Shown piece after piece: positions 27,832 through 36,349 of a stretch of DNA of 60,460 nucleotides. The stretch is from a virus (lineage: Duplodnaviria; Caudoviricetes), in IMG/VR virus record IMGVR_UViG_3300042923_000250, positions 1 through 60,460 of that record. One strand, written 5' to 3'. Under the pieces are notes generated by a model that was not told the DNA's origin, ran no database searches, and was given only the letters and a program-made list of their open reading frames with translations. Every line of letters starts with the position of its first letter. Position 1 is the stretch's first letter. A program made the position numbers and the translations under genes.

Positions 27832-28344
27832 TTATTCCTCTGACCAATCCACATCCACTGGGATGTCTTGAGGTATCTGTTTGGCGATTTCATCGGGCGT
27901 GAGAGTAGGAGAGAGTTGATTGTTGGCTTTGACTTCGATAGTTTGAGTATCAGCCATACCGAAATAATTCTTCGCGTAGAATATCCAAGTGATAGGATTT
28001 ATGTTGCCATTCATAGCCTCGTTACTCATTAAAAACGAAATATAATCCTTCGCTTTTTTTACCATGTCCGACCTTGAACTACCGAGTTGCGCCCTAGAAA
28101 CTCCACTTTCCCAGTCCCACAATGTCTTACGTGACACTCCAATAGCTAATGCCAATCCCTCTACATTTGGTTTTAATCCCTGCTCCATCGAATAGTCAAA
28201 GTAAAGACTAATTCTTTCTTGTACAGCCTCATCGCTATCTAAATCTATTTTAGGCAAGTCATAGATTACTTTAAGCTTCTGCATAGTTGCCCTGAGTTCT
28301 GCAGGTGTTGCTTTAATTGGATTTTTTGGATTTGTTCCAGCCAT
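27832..28344 (-). CDS. terS: Terminase small subunit (P22 gp3-like)
   Basis: VEGLALAIGVSRKTLWDWE HTH; INPITWIFYAKNYFGMAD. Confidence 0.8.
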   Translation of the reverse strand: MAGTNPKNPIKATPAELRATMQKLKVIYDLPKIDLDSDEAVQERISLYFDYSMEQGLKPNVEGLALAIGVSRKTLWDWESGVSRAQLGSSRSDMVKKAKDYISFLMSNEAMNGNINPITWIFYAKNYFGMADTQTIEVKANNQLSPTLTPDEIAKQIPQDIPVDVDWSEE

Positions 28345-28501
28345 TTATACCATTCCTTTCTGGGATATCATATATTTCTATGTTAAATTCATAAAATGTC
28401 TTAATTGTCAAAATACAATGTTGTGTTAATATTGCAGCCTATCTAAATTTATAGTCCCGTGCTGTCAAGGGGTGTATCAGATTTTATATTTCATCCAAGA
28501 T

Positions 28502-28828
28502 TTATTTCTCGACCCATTCTAGATTATCTGATTTCCAATCATACACATTTCCATTAATAAACTTTACCTTCGTGTATTCGTGAGAGTTTGGAACAAAATG
28601 TTCCGCTACTATGTAATGTAATGATTTTGATATTGTATGGCCCGTATTATCTCGAAGTCTTACAATTATCCTTGGATGTTTATTGTTATTTGAATGCTTG
28701 CTTACTGTTCCGGCTTTAGAAAATCTTTTATCAGTGGATGCCTTTTGATCTAAACTTCTAACATCTCCACTATTACTAATTTGATATAATCCCTCAAATC
28801 CTTTTATATCTAACCATATTTTATCCAA
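28502..28828 (-). CDS. NUMOD4 / HNH endonuclease-like protein, catalytic motif degenerate
   Basis: IWLDIKGFEGLYQISNSGDVRS; HYIVAEHF; VKFINGN...NLEWV lacks the expected His. Confidence 0.75.
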   Translation of the reverse strand: MDKIWLDIKGFEGLYQISNSGDVRSLDQKASTDKRFSKAGTVSKHSNNNKHPRIIVRLRDNTGHTISKSLHYIVAEHFVPNSHEYTKVKFINGNVYDWKSDNLEWVEK

Positions 28829-29063
28829 ATTATCACTTCCTTTCTGATTGGTAAATTTCTTAAAAATGGACTAAATGGAAAAAATGGAACTTCTTTTGGT
28901 TTTTATTTATATATAAAATTACATTTACATATTATACTTTCTCTACGTACATAGAAAATAAAAGAAGTTGCACAAGTTGCACAAGTGTTGCAAGGCAAGG
29001 GTTTCAGCGATTCTGAAATATTCCATTTTTTCCACTTTTGACCCGATTTACTCCAATTATTCC

Positions 29064-29198
29064 ATACTTACACAAGTATATCTATACTTACACAAGTATA
29101 ATATTACACAAGTATAGATTTTATACTTACACAAGTATAGATTATATACTTGCACAAGATTATCATTACACAAGTATATTTCGCTTACACAAGTATAT
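29064..29198. repeat. Array of seven CACAAGTATA-type sites (six exact)
   Basis: 29071, 29091, 29107, 29130, 29153 (variant), 29169, 29188; best copies form TATACTT-ACAC-AAGTATA. Confidence 0.9.
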
Positions 29199-29272
29199 GA
29201 AAATGGAACTTTCAAGCAGTAAAAATGGAATATTTAAATGATAAAATGGAATAATTGAAATGAAATATTCCA

Positions 29273-29686
29273 CTACAAAGTACCTCTTGGTATCCCTTTA
29301 CTATTTACCCAATAACCACCTTTGGATAGATCAGGGATTATCATTTGTCCTTGATATAGGATAAACCAATTCCCTGTTTCCTTACTGTAATGCGTATAAA
29401 TATTTCCGTCTAAGTCCACCCAATAGCAAGGTGAAGGAAAGGCATCCTTTGGGATTGCTACCTTTGGATATTTTACTTGTGGGCGTTGTTTGACTTCTTC
29501 CAGTGTTGGCTCTGGATAACCAGCTTCTTTGTATATAGCGTATCGGATAAACTCATTTAATTTCATTCCTTTTTCGGCAGCCACTTCTTTAAGAGATTCC
29601 ATTTCCCCACGATATACTGTTAATGGTATGCGGTCATACATCCTGTCATTATATTTATTGCTGGCTTTCGTCTGTGCTTTTGCCAT
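29273..29686 (-). CDS. Ribbon-helix-helix DNA-binding protein with extra C-terminal domain
   Basis: AQTKASNKYN..YDRIPLTV..GE...AAEKGMKLNEFIRYAI. Confidence 0.75.
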   Translation of the reverse strand: MAKAQTKASNKYNDRMYDRIPLTVYRGEMESLKEVAAEKGMKLNEFIRYAIYKEAGYPEPTLEEVKQRPQVKYPKVAIPKDAFPSPCYWVDLDGNIYTHYSKETGNWFILYQGQMIIPDLSKGGYWVNSKGIPRGTL

Positions 29687-29715
29687 GTGTTTTCACTCCT
29701 TTCTTGTTTATTAGT

Positions 29716-29750
29716 TATCATAGCACAAGTATATCATAGCACAAGTATAT
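29716..29750 (-). promoter_or_regulatory. Promoter with tandem CACAAGTATA operator-like sites
   Basis: ATCATAGCACAAGTAT x2 overlapping TTGTGC/TATGAT on the minus strand. Confidence 0.65.
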
Positions 29751-29840
29751 TTACAATGGATATATGGATATATTTGTATTGATATATTTGGTTTACGTCC
29801 CATGAAAAAAGCACCCTTTCGGATGCTCTGGTTGAATATA

Positions 29841-30134
29841 TTAAAAATATTGTGGAGCTGCTCGAAGTATCTCTTTGATTTCTCCGATCGTTACCATATT
29901 TTCCATGATTCCAATGTCGTAATATCTAGGATTACTGATGTAGGTTAATATTGTGAATGTATTGTGGGTGGAGATATATACTTTATAGGTTCTATTTTCC
30001 CCGTTAAACGATTGATGCACAACGCATGATATAATTTTAGGTGATTGATTATATTCGGCGCCTTTGGCCAATTCACCCTTGACGGCGTCGTTTAAAATCT
30101 CTGGACAATCCTCTAATTTGATTTGATCTGACAT
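29841..30134 (-). CDS. Hypothetical protein
   Basis: ATG 30134 after GGAGG; followed by a GCATCCGAAAGGGTGC-T6 terminator. Confidence 0.7.
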   Translation of the reverse strand: MSDQIKLEDCPEILNDAVKGELAKGAEYNQSPKIISCVVHQSFNGENRTYKVYISTHNTFTILTYISNPRYYDIGIMENMVTIGEIKEILRAAPQYF

Positions 30135-30136
30135 GT

Positions 30137-30316
30137 TTACCGCCTCCATTCTGCCGACTTCACAACCGGAGTGATAGCCATCATATAAGAAATATGGAAT
30201 GCTTTCCGCTTGGCTTCATCTGTGATCCGTTCGGCTTCTTGTCGTGCATCCTCTTCTTCGCACCATGCTAATGCAGCGTCAATTCCTTTTGTAAACTCCT
30301 CTGAAAATTTAATCAT
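30137..30316 (-). CDS. Hypothetical protein (59 aa)
   Basis: MIKFSEEFTKGIDAALAWC...; GGAGG RBS; below ORF-track cutoff. Confidence 0.6.
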   Translation of the reverse strand: MIKFSEEFTKGIDAALAWCEEEDARQEAERITDEAKRKAFHISYMMAITPVVKSAEWRR

Positions 30317-30326
30317 GATAACCCTC

Positions 30327-31805
30327 CTATGCTATTTTCTTTAATTGTTCTAACACTTGCTTTGTTGCATATCTTCCGTTCGATGTCATTTGACGCTGCC
30401 ATGCTCCATGAGAAGGAGCCCAAACAAAACCGTTAGATTTTAAAATGTTCCTGATCTGCTCGGATGGCTTGCCGTCAAAGATGAGCTGTATTCTCATGAT
30501 CTCGCTATTTTCTACGACTTTGCAAATATCGCTTTGTACTGTTTCATTAGTTCCGGCTGTCTTAGCCTTTTGTAGCTGCTCAATGCGGTCTTTAGTGGCT
30601 TTAATCTTGGCGTTATTATTAGTGAGTGAATAACCCTCAAACGGTCGTGTGTGGTATGTGTTCCGGCTCATAAAATCCATAATGGAGTCGATAGTCTTTT
30701 GTTGCAATCCTTGGAAGCCTTGAAGGGTGCTATTCTTTTTATAGTAGGCGTTAGCGTCTTTCATAGTCTGCTGATATGCTTCTAACTCTACAAGTTTTTC
30801 CTGTAACTTTCTGATTGCGTCAGCGTCAGCACTTTTAATAATTTCTTTCCCTGTTAAAATATCGTGTAACTTCTTCACATAGCCGTTGATATAATCCAAC
30901 TCTTTCATGTGGGAATCTCTTGCGCTGTTCTGCTTTTCTTTGCGTCTTGTCGGAAAGTTTCCGGCTCCGCATATCATCACGCTGGGACACATCATTTCTA
31001 TATGGTTGCTTTTATTAATCCACTCGGCATATTTACGGGAATATCTTTCTGCTACGATTAAAGCGTCAGCCAATCTATGCGGTTTCTTTGTGCTGATCTG
31101 CTCTACAATGTCATATACTCGATTTACTTCTGCCTTGTAGCTGTTGGTCGTGCTGTTTGCTTTGTAATCCGAAAAGCTCCACATTCCAAGTGATTGTCTT
31201 GCGAGTGTTTCGTTGATAGAAAAATATATCCTTTCTATTGACGGCAGCTCTTCAGCGGTTTCTGGCTTCGTCTCTCCTTCTGGTTGCTCCGGTGTTTCTT
31301 CTATGGCTTCAATAACTTCCGGTTGCGCTTCAGTGATCTGCTCCGGTGCTTCTTTCGCTTTGAGATAATCGACAACATTATTGTAATGAGCCACCATTTC
31401 AAGTTGTTTCTTGTAGTATTCGCTATTCTCTCCAAAGTTCCATTTTTCACGGTCTGCATATTTCTGTGTTTGCTCTGCTTCTTCTTCGAAATGTGATTGA
31501 ATATGTTCAGTTGTGATGCCATGAATTATTTCGATTGTTGCGTGTTCCGGGTTCCACTCGTGAGCCGCTGCGTTCTTTGTCGGGTTGCTAGTGCAGATGA
31601 AAAGAGGCCAGAAAGCAACTGAAGATTTCGCGATGCTTAATTCTCCGTTTTTCTTAATCTTCTTTAGCGAAACATCATTGCCGCACCAGGTAACATTCCC
31701 GGGAACGTTTTCAACAAAATATAAACCATTATCATTTTTAAAGTAAGATCCTTCAATTTTTACAATATCGCCTGTTTTGATTTCAATTAAATTCTTATCT
31801 AACAT
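30327..31805 (-). CDS. Polyvalent-type multidomain protein (DUF3560-like C-terminal half)
   Basis: PSVMICGAGNFP, FEGYSLTNNNAKIK, RIQLIFDGKP...LKSNGFVWAPSHGAWQR; ATG 31805 after GGAGG. Confidence 0.75.
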   Translation of the reverse strand: MLDKNLIEIKTGDIVKIEGSYFKNDNGLYFVENVPGNVTWCGNDVSLKKIKKNGELSIAKSSVAFWPLFICTSNPTKNAAAHEWNPEHATIEIIHGITTEHIQSHFEEEAEQTQKYADREKWNFGENSEYYKKQLEMVAHYNNVVDYLKAKEAPEQITEAQPEVIEAIEETPEQPEGETKPETAEELPSIERIYFSINETLARQSLGMWSFSDYKANSTTNSYKAEVNRVYDIVEQISTKKPHRLADALIVAERYSRKYAEWINKSNHIEMMCPSVMICGAGNFPTRRKEKQNSARDSHMKELDYINGYVKKLHDILTGKEIIKSADADAIRKLQEKLVELEAYQQTMKDANAYYKKNSTLQGFQGLQQKTIDSIMDFMSRNTYHTRPFEGYSLTNNNAKIKATKDRIEQLQKAKTAGTNETVQSDICKVVENSEIMRIQLIFDGKPSEQIRNILKSNGFVWAPSHGAWQRQMTSNGRYATKQVLEQLKKIA

Positions 31806-31834
31806 TTTCAAATCCTCCATAATTTTATTTGCTT

Positions 31835-31892
31835 GCCTATCGGATTTGGAACCGTCTGGCCGATGCATTACAGCCTTTCGGCTGTCCTCTGC
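31835..31892 (-). ncRNA. Twister-like self-cleaving ribozyme, circularly permuted (copy 1)
   Basis: GCAGAGG-ACAGCC gaaa GGCUG-U^AAUGC-AU-cgGCCaga-CGG UUCCAAAU CCG-auaGGC. Confidence 0.78.
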
Positions 31893-31894
31893 GG

Positions 31895-32131
31895 TTAATC
31901 TTGAATTTTCCATCCTTGTTTTATTCTAATAACTATAATCGTGCCTTCTGGTGCTTTAAATGGTTCTCTTGTTACTGTTTCTGCACTCCAAAGGGTAACA
32001 CCGCTAAAATTATGAGGTTGCATTTCAAAATCTGTGTTTTTATGAAATGCCTTGCCTTTATTTAAAACATCCTTGAAATCATAACCACTCGGTATAACTC
32101 TCGCCCTGCCTATGCATTTTCTTGCTGCCAT
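31895..32131 (-). CDS. Hypothetical protein (78 aa) flanked by two ribozymes
   Basis: ATG 32131 after AAAGGAG; stop abuts ribozyme copy 1. Confidence 0.7.
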   Translation of the reverse strand: MAARKCIGRARVIPSGYDFKDVLNKGKAFHKNTDFEMQPHNFSGVTLWSAETVTREPFKAPEGTIIVIRIKQGWKIQD

Positions 32132-32143
32132 ACTATCTCCTTT

Positions 32144-32208
32144 CTGATGTATCGGAATTTGGAACCGTGTCAGCCATTGCATTACTGGGATTTCTCCCAG
32201 TCCTCTGC
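32144..32208 (-). ncRNA. Twister-like self-cleaving ribozyme, circularly permuted (copy 2)
   Basis: GCAGAGG-ACUGGGA gaaa UCCCAG-U^AAUGC-AAU-ggCUGAca-CGG UUCCAAAUU CCG-auacaUCAG. Confidence 0.78.
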
Positions 32209-32217
32209 GAGGGATTA

Positions 32218-32553
32218 CTATAATATTTCAATGTTTGCGAAACAACCACCTAAACCTCTTTGATGTATTTTCACTATTACATAACACCCAACAAGATTAA
32301 CATTCCATGATTTCAGAGGTACAAATATATTTTGCTGTGCAGGGTTTACTGTATTTGCTTCAATTTCTCTAATATCGCATTGACCGAATAATCTATATAC
32401 TGCCTCTTGTACTCTGTACATGCTTTCTAATATCTCTTCATTCATTTCCTCTGTTGTTGCAGATAATTTACACTTGCATTCATTATCTTCAATAATATGT
32501 TGTGGCATTTTCAATTCGAATAACTCCTGATTTAATCCCTTCATAATTTCCAT
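32218..32553 (-). CDS. Hypothetical protein, first gene of the ribozyme-containing operon
   Basis: ORF with GGAAGGG RBS downstream of a TTTACA-17-TATACT promoter. Confidence 0.7.
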   Translation of the reverse strand: MEIMKGLNQELFELKMPQHIIEDNECKCKLSATTEEMNEEILESMYRVQEAVYRLFGQCDIREIEANTVNPAQQNIFVPLKSWNVNLVGCYVIVKIHQRGLGGCFANIEIL

Positions 32554-32586
32554 CCCTTCCGCTTCGTAGAGCTAACATCTATTTGG

Positions 32587-32699
32587 TATACTCAGTATAA
32601 TCTATATCCCCATAGATGTAAATAGACATATTTCACAAAATATATCCCCATAGATTGTGCAAAATATCTATATACCCATAGATGGTTATTTGGTATACT
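32587..32699. promoter_or_regulatory. Divergent promoters with three ATCTAT-N6-ATAGAT operator-like sites
   Basis: 32600-32617, 32638-32655 (imperfect) and 32666-32683; the first fills the spacer of the leftward promoter. Confidence 0.7.
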
Positions 32700-32718
32700 T
32701 AAGCAAAGGAGTGGTGTT

Positions 32719-32913
32719 ATGGCAAAATATACAGAAGCCCAAGCGAGGGCAGTAAAAAAGTATTTGGATAATATCGGGGAGACAAAAGTTAGAGCCCCGA
32801 AAGAAGATATGCAGCGGTATAAACTAGAAGCAGAGAAAGCCGGATGCAGCCTTAACCAATTTATTATTGAAGCAATAGAAGAGAAGATAGCCAGGGCTAA
32901 TGGATATCATTAA
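32719..32913 (+). CDS. Ribbon-helix-helix DNA-binding protein
   Basis: TEAQARAVKKY...KVRAPKE...AEKAGCSLNQFIIEAIEEKI. Confidence 0.8.
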   Translation: MAKYTEAQARAVKKYLDNIGETKVRAPKEDMQRYKLEAEKAGCSLNQFIIEAIEEKIARANGYH

Positions 32914-32990
32914 ACTACATGAACTACACGAGGGTCAAAACTATAACTACACGAACCAAAAGCACAAATCCCCCAAAACTACACGAGGGT
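32913..32990 (+). repeat. Four AACTACAYGA direct repeats
   Basis: 32913, 32922, 32945 and 32977; two extend to AACTACACGAGGGT. Confidence 0.8.
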
Positions 32991-33063
32991 ATCTGTGCTT
33001 TTTTATATCGTTATACATAATAAACCCCTCAAGGTCGGTTGACAATGAGGGGTAATTTTTAGC

Positions 33064-33519
33064 TTAATTAATTATTTCAGAAATTTCATCTATGTGCTCT
33101 GGTGCTATCAAGTAGGTAGTGCCGTCGGAAGTAAAACAAAATTCAAACATCGGAGAATTGTTTGCATCGACTGTTTTTATATAAACAGCATCAATCCCAA
33201 ATGATTCACACGTTGATGATATCGCTTCTCCCGAATATTCATAATAATGTTTAAATTCATCTAGCGGTTTTTCTTCCGCAACCACAATAATTTGCAAAAC
33301 GGTATCAGAAATAAAATTACTTATATAATCACGTCCATATGCTGTCAAGCCAATAATTGTATCGGCTATGATTTCATCGTTGTCTTCGGTGGATGTTTCA
33401 TTATTAATACTAGTTGTCGAAATATTGTCCCCTGCCAATGCAATATCTTTGTTTGGATTACTTGAGCACCCTGACAGCATAGTGCTTATGGACAGTAATA
33501 AAATAATACCTTTTTTCAT
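33064..33519 (-). CDS. Acidic lipoprotein (superinfection-exclusion candidate)
   Basis: MKKG + hydrophobic core + LSGC lipobox. Confidence 0.75.
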   Translation of the reverse strand: MKKGIILLLSISTMLSGCSSNPNKDIALAGDNISTTSINNETSTEDNDEIIADTIIGLTAYGRDYISNFISDTVLQIIVVAEEKPLDEFKHYYEYSGEAISSTCESFGIDAVYIKTVDANNSPMFEFCFTSDGTTYLIAPEHIDEISEIIN

Positions 33520-34007
33520 AGCGACCTCCTTTGTTTATGCCAATCATTACCAAACAATTATAATACTGATAGAATATTTTGTAAACAAAAAAGATACCCC
33601 ATGCACCAGTTCTCTCTCCTGATGCACAGGGTCTTTATTTCTATATCGCATCCAAGGCAATAATAACATATATGGATTATTATGTAAATTATTTAATATG
33701 ACGAAATATTTTTAATTTATAGTGCAAATTAACAGTATAGTAATAAAATACCAAGATATTGTCTATTCTGCATAATTTTATTATTATCCTGCAATTTACC
33801 AAAATATAATACATAATAACCCATAAATGGTAAGATATACCATTGTTAATTATATGGCAGAAATGTAAAATATTTGTATACATATCGATGCGTGGCTATA
33901 TATTGACAACAAAAAAGTGATTTGCGTAATTGTTGCACACAAATCACAAATGCTTGCATTATAATTAATTTATGATACATATTTACCAGATTATTACCTT
34001 TAAATAA

Positions 34008-34301
34008 TTAGATCTTTTTACGAATGCTTATAATGTATTGCCTATATTTTTCCAACTCAAGACGTTCGGTGTTTGTTAACTGTGGCGAACTATTCTCGCC
34101 GATCAGCCACGATACAGGAACATCAAGAATGGATGCTATTTTGCAAAGGAGAGTAATTGATATGTTAGATTTTCCACCTTCTATTTTAGAATAAGCGGAC
34201 TGACTGATCCCTAACCGCTTATAGACTTCATACTGCTTCAAGCCGTTATCCTGTCGGGCCATATATATTCTATTTCCTATGTTTTCGATATCATAACGCA
34301 T
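34008..34301 (-). CDS. XRE-family HTH regulator
   Basis: IGNRI..AR...GLKQ...LGISQSAYSKIEGG...KIASILDVPVSWLIG. Confidence 0.88.
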   Translation of the reverse strand: MRYDIENIGNRIYMARQDNGLKQYEVYKRLGISQSAYSKIEGGKSNISITLLCKIASILDVPVSWLIGENSSPQLTNTERLELEKYRQYIISIRKKI

Positions 34302-34416
34302 GATTTCACCCCATGGAATGATATCATATTAAAATTTCCAGTACAATACAAAGGCGGGTAATATTCCTATACGGAATATTATATTCTGTGACAGAATAAC
34401 GATGTAAAATATGGGA

Positions 34417-34445
34417 TTGAAAACAAACAAATGTTCTGGTATAAT
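34417..34445 (+). promoter_or_regulatory. Sigma-A promoter with LexA box
   Basis: TTGAAA-17nt-TATAAT; AAACAAATGTTC at 34425-34436. Confidence 0.75.
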
Positions 34446-34497
34446 GTTATTAATTTCACCGCAATAACAACTACATAGTGTACAGAAGGGGGTTACT

Positions 34498-34680
34498 ATG
34501 AATAATCTTGCAACGATCAATGTACTTGATGACTTAACACGCATCAAAAAAATGACGGAAAGTGAAAAGAGGGTAGATATTCGGTTTGTAATGGAAAGGA
34601 TGTCGTCTTATAGCAGAAGCGATTTGTATTTGTTTAGAGATTGTATTGATTTAGTGCTGATATGCAAAGACAACCAATAG
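34498..34680 (+). CDS. Putative SOS-inducible small protein (antirepressor or RDF candidate)
   Basis: Downstream of the LexA-box promoter; followed by an AACACCCCG/CGGGGTGTT terminator. Confidence 0.65.
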   Translation: MNNLATINVLDDLTRIKKMTESEKRVDIRFVMERMSSYSRSDLYLFRDCIDLVLICKDNQ

Positions 34681-34822
34681 AACATAAATTAATAACACCC
34701 CGATTACAGTAAAATACTGAGCGGGGTGTTTGTATGTTTAAATTCAAATACTAATTTATTATTGTGTTTCTTCTATTATAAATGATATTTATCGAAGAAG
34801 AATAAACAGGAGAATAATTTTA

Positions 34823-34866
34823 ATGCAAGTTATACATACGGATGAAACCGTATAATAAATTTGCAT
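34823..34866. other. Candidate attP
   Basis: Imperfect inverted repeat ATGCAA..ATACGG-ATGAAA-CCGTAT..TTGCAT directly after the integrase stop. Confidence 0.45.
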
Positions 34867-34869
34867 AAA

Positions 34870-36324
34870 TTATTCATAATTATAATTAATGAACTTCCAA
34901 TAGATTTTTATTTCATTACTAAATATAACTATTCTACTTATCAATGTATTTACCAAATTTCTTTTTTCATCAACTGTACCATTTTCAAAAATATATTCCG
35001 CGGTTCGAACGATTTTTTTACCGTCTTCTATGGAAAGATTAGGAGTATTATTGTTAGCCAATTCATTAAGCTCACTTTCAAGTTGACCGCGCTCTTTTTG
35101 TAAAGGTTCTATTCTAGACGAGATGTCTGATAATGGGATTGTACCTATTTGATATAAATCCATTAATTTATTTACTTGTTTACCGATTTCTGAAATTCTA
35201 TGATTAATTATAATTGCTTTATCGTCTGATGTTTTACTTTGACCTTGTTCTTTCATTTGTTGAATTATATCTGGATTATGAGACAATATTAATATTTGTT
35301 CTTTTATCATCTCATCAAGTACATCTTCCCTGTAGTTTGGGTTTTTGCAGAAGTCAATCTTTTTCATTTCTCGGTTTCCGTCTCTAGAATAACAAATATA
35401 GTAGAAATATGTTCCTGATTTTTTGCTAATTACGCATTTTGTAAAATATCTAGCTCCACAGTTTCCACAAAATATCATTCCAGACAATAGATGTTTTCCT
35501 TTGTATGGGGATTTTTGCGAATCGGTCAACCCACGTTCTAATTCTCTATAACGCTTTTGCGTGCTTATAAATATATCATCGGATATAATTGGCTCGTGTT
35601 GTCCTTGATACTCTTGTTCTTTATACTTTATCTTTCCAATATAAACTGTATTTTTTAGAATTTTCCCGACGGTTCCGTGATTGTTCCATCCAGAATATCT
35701 ATTACTATATTTTGATTTCATGATATCAGTTATTCCGTGAATTGTGTTGCCATGCAAGAATAGGTCAAATATTTCTCTAACTTGCATCGCCTCATATTCG
35801 TTTACAATAAGGTCACCGTCAACAAAGTCGTATCCGATTGGCGCGCCGCTTCCACCATGCCAATATCCATCCTTTGCCCTACCTATATGACCCATAGCCA
35901 TACGTTCTTTAATTTGCTCCCTCTCTAACTGTGCAAACACAGACAGGATTCCGATCATGGCCCGACCGAACGGAGACGATGTATCGAAGTTTTCATTCAT
36001 TGAAACAAAATCTACATTGTTTTTTAGAAATACATCCTCGATTAAATACAAGGTATCTTTTTGGGAACGAGATAATCGGTCAAGTTTATAAACCAACACT
36101 AAATCGATATTGCCAGATTTTATGTCGGATGTCATCTTTGATAGCGCAGGACGTTCTAAATTTCCGCCAGAATATCCGGGGTCTGTATATGTATTTGCAA
36201 CTATCCACCCTTTAGCTTCACTGTATTTTTTTAAACGTTCTGTTTGCATCGGTATAGAATACCCTTCATCTGCTTGCTCTTGCGTTGATACTCTTATATA
36301 AATAGCAGCTCTAATATTGTCCAT
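34870..36324 (-). CDS. int: Large serine recombinase (integrase)
   Basis: YIRVST catalytic Ser, LDRLSR, APIGY recombinase domain, CGNCG zinc ribbon, coiled coil. Confidence 0.95.
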   Translation of the reverse strand: MDNIRAAIYIRVSTQEQADEGYSIPMQTERLKKYSEAKGWIVANTYTDPGYSGGNLERPALSKMTSDIKSGNIDLVLVYKLDRLSRSQKDTLYLIEDVFLKNNVDFVSMNENFDTSSPFGRAMIGILSVFAQLEREQIKERMAMGHIGRAKDGYWHGGSGAPIGYDFVDGDLIVNEYEAMQVREIFDLFLHGNTIHGITDIMKSKYSNRYSGWNNHGTVGKILKNTVYIGKIKYKEQEYQGQHEPIISDDIFISTQKRYRELERGLTDSQKSPYKGKHLLSGMIFCGNCGARYFTKCVISKKSGTYFYYICYSRDGNREMKKIDFCKNPNYREDVLDEMIKEQILILSHNPDIIQQMKEQGQSKTSDDKAIIINHRISEIGKQVNKLMDLYQIGTIPLSDISSRIEPLQKERGQLESELNELANNNTPNLSIEDGKKIVRTAEYIFENGTVDEKRNLVNTLISRIVIFSNEIKIYWKFINYNYE

Positions 36325-36349
36325 GTTTTAACCTCGATATGATATTGTT

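Noticed and set aside
29064-29198. CRISPR array
   Set aside because: Repeats are about 10-18 bp with only 6-13 bp between cores; no unique 30-40 bp spacers and no cas genes
31806-31913. N-terminal extension of the 528-aa ORF (and likewise 32132-32182)
   Set aside because: These extensions run through the ribozyme motifs; good RBS-ATG starts lie at 31805 and 32131
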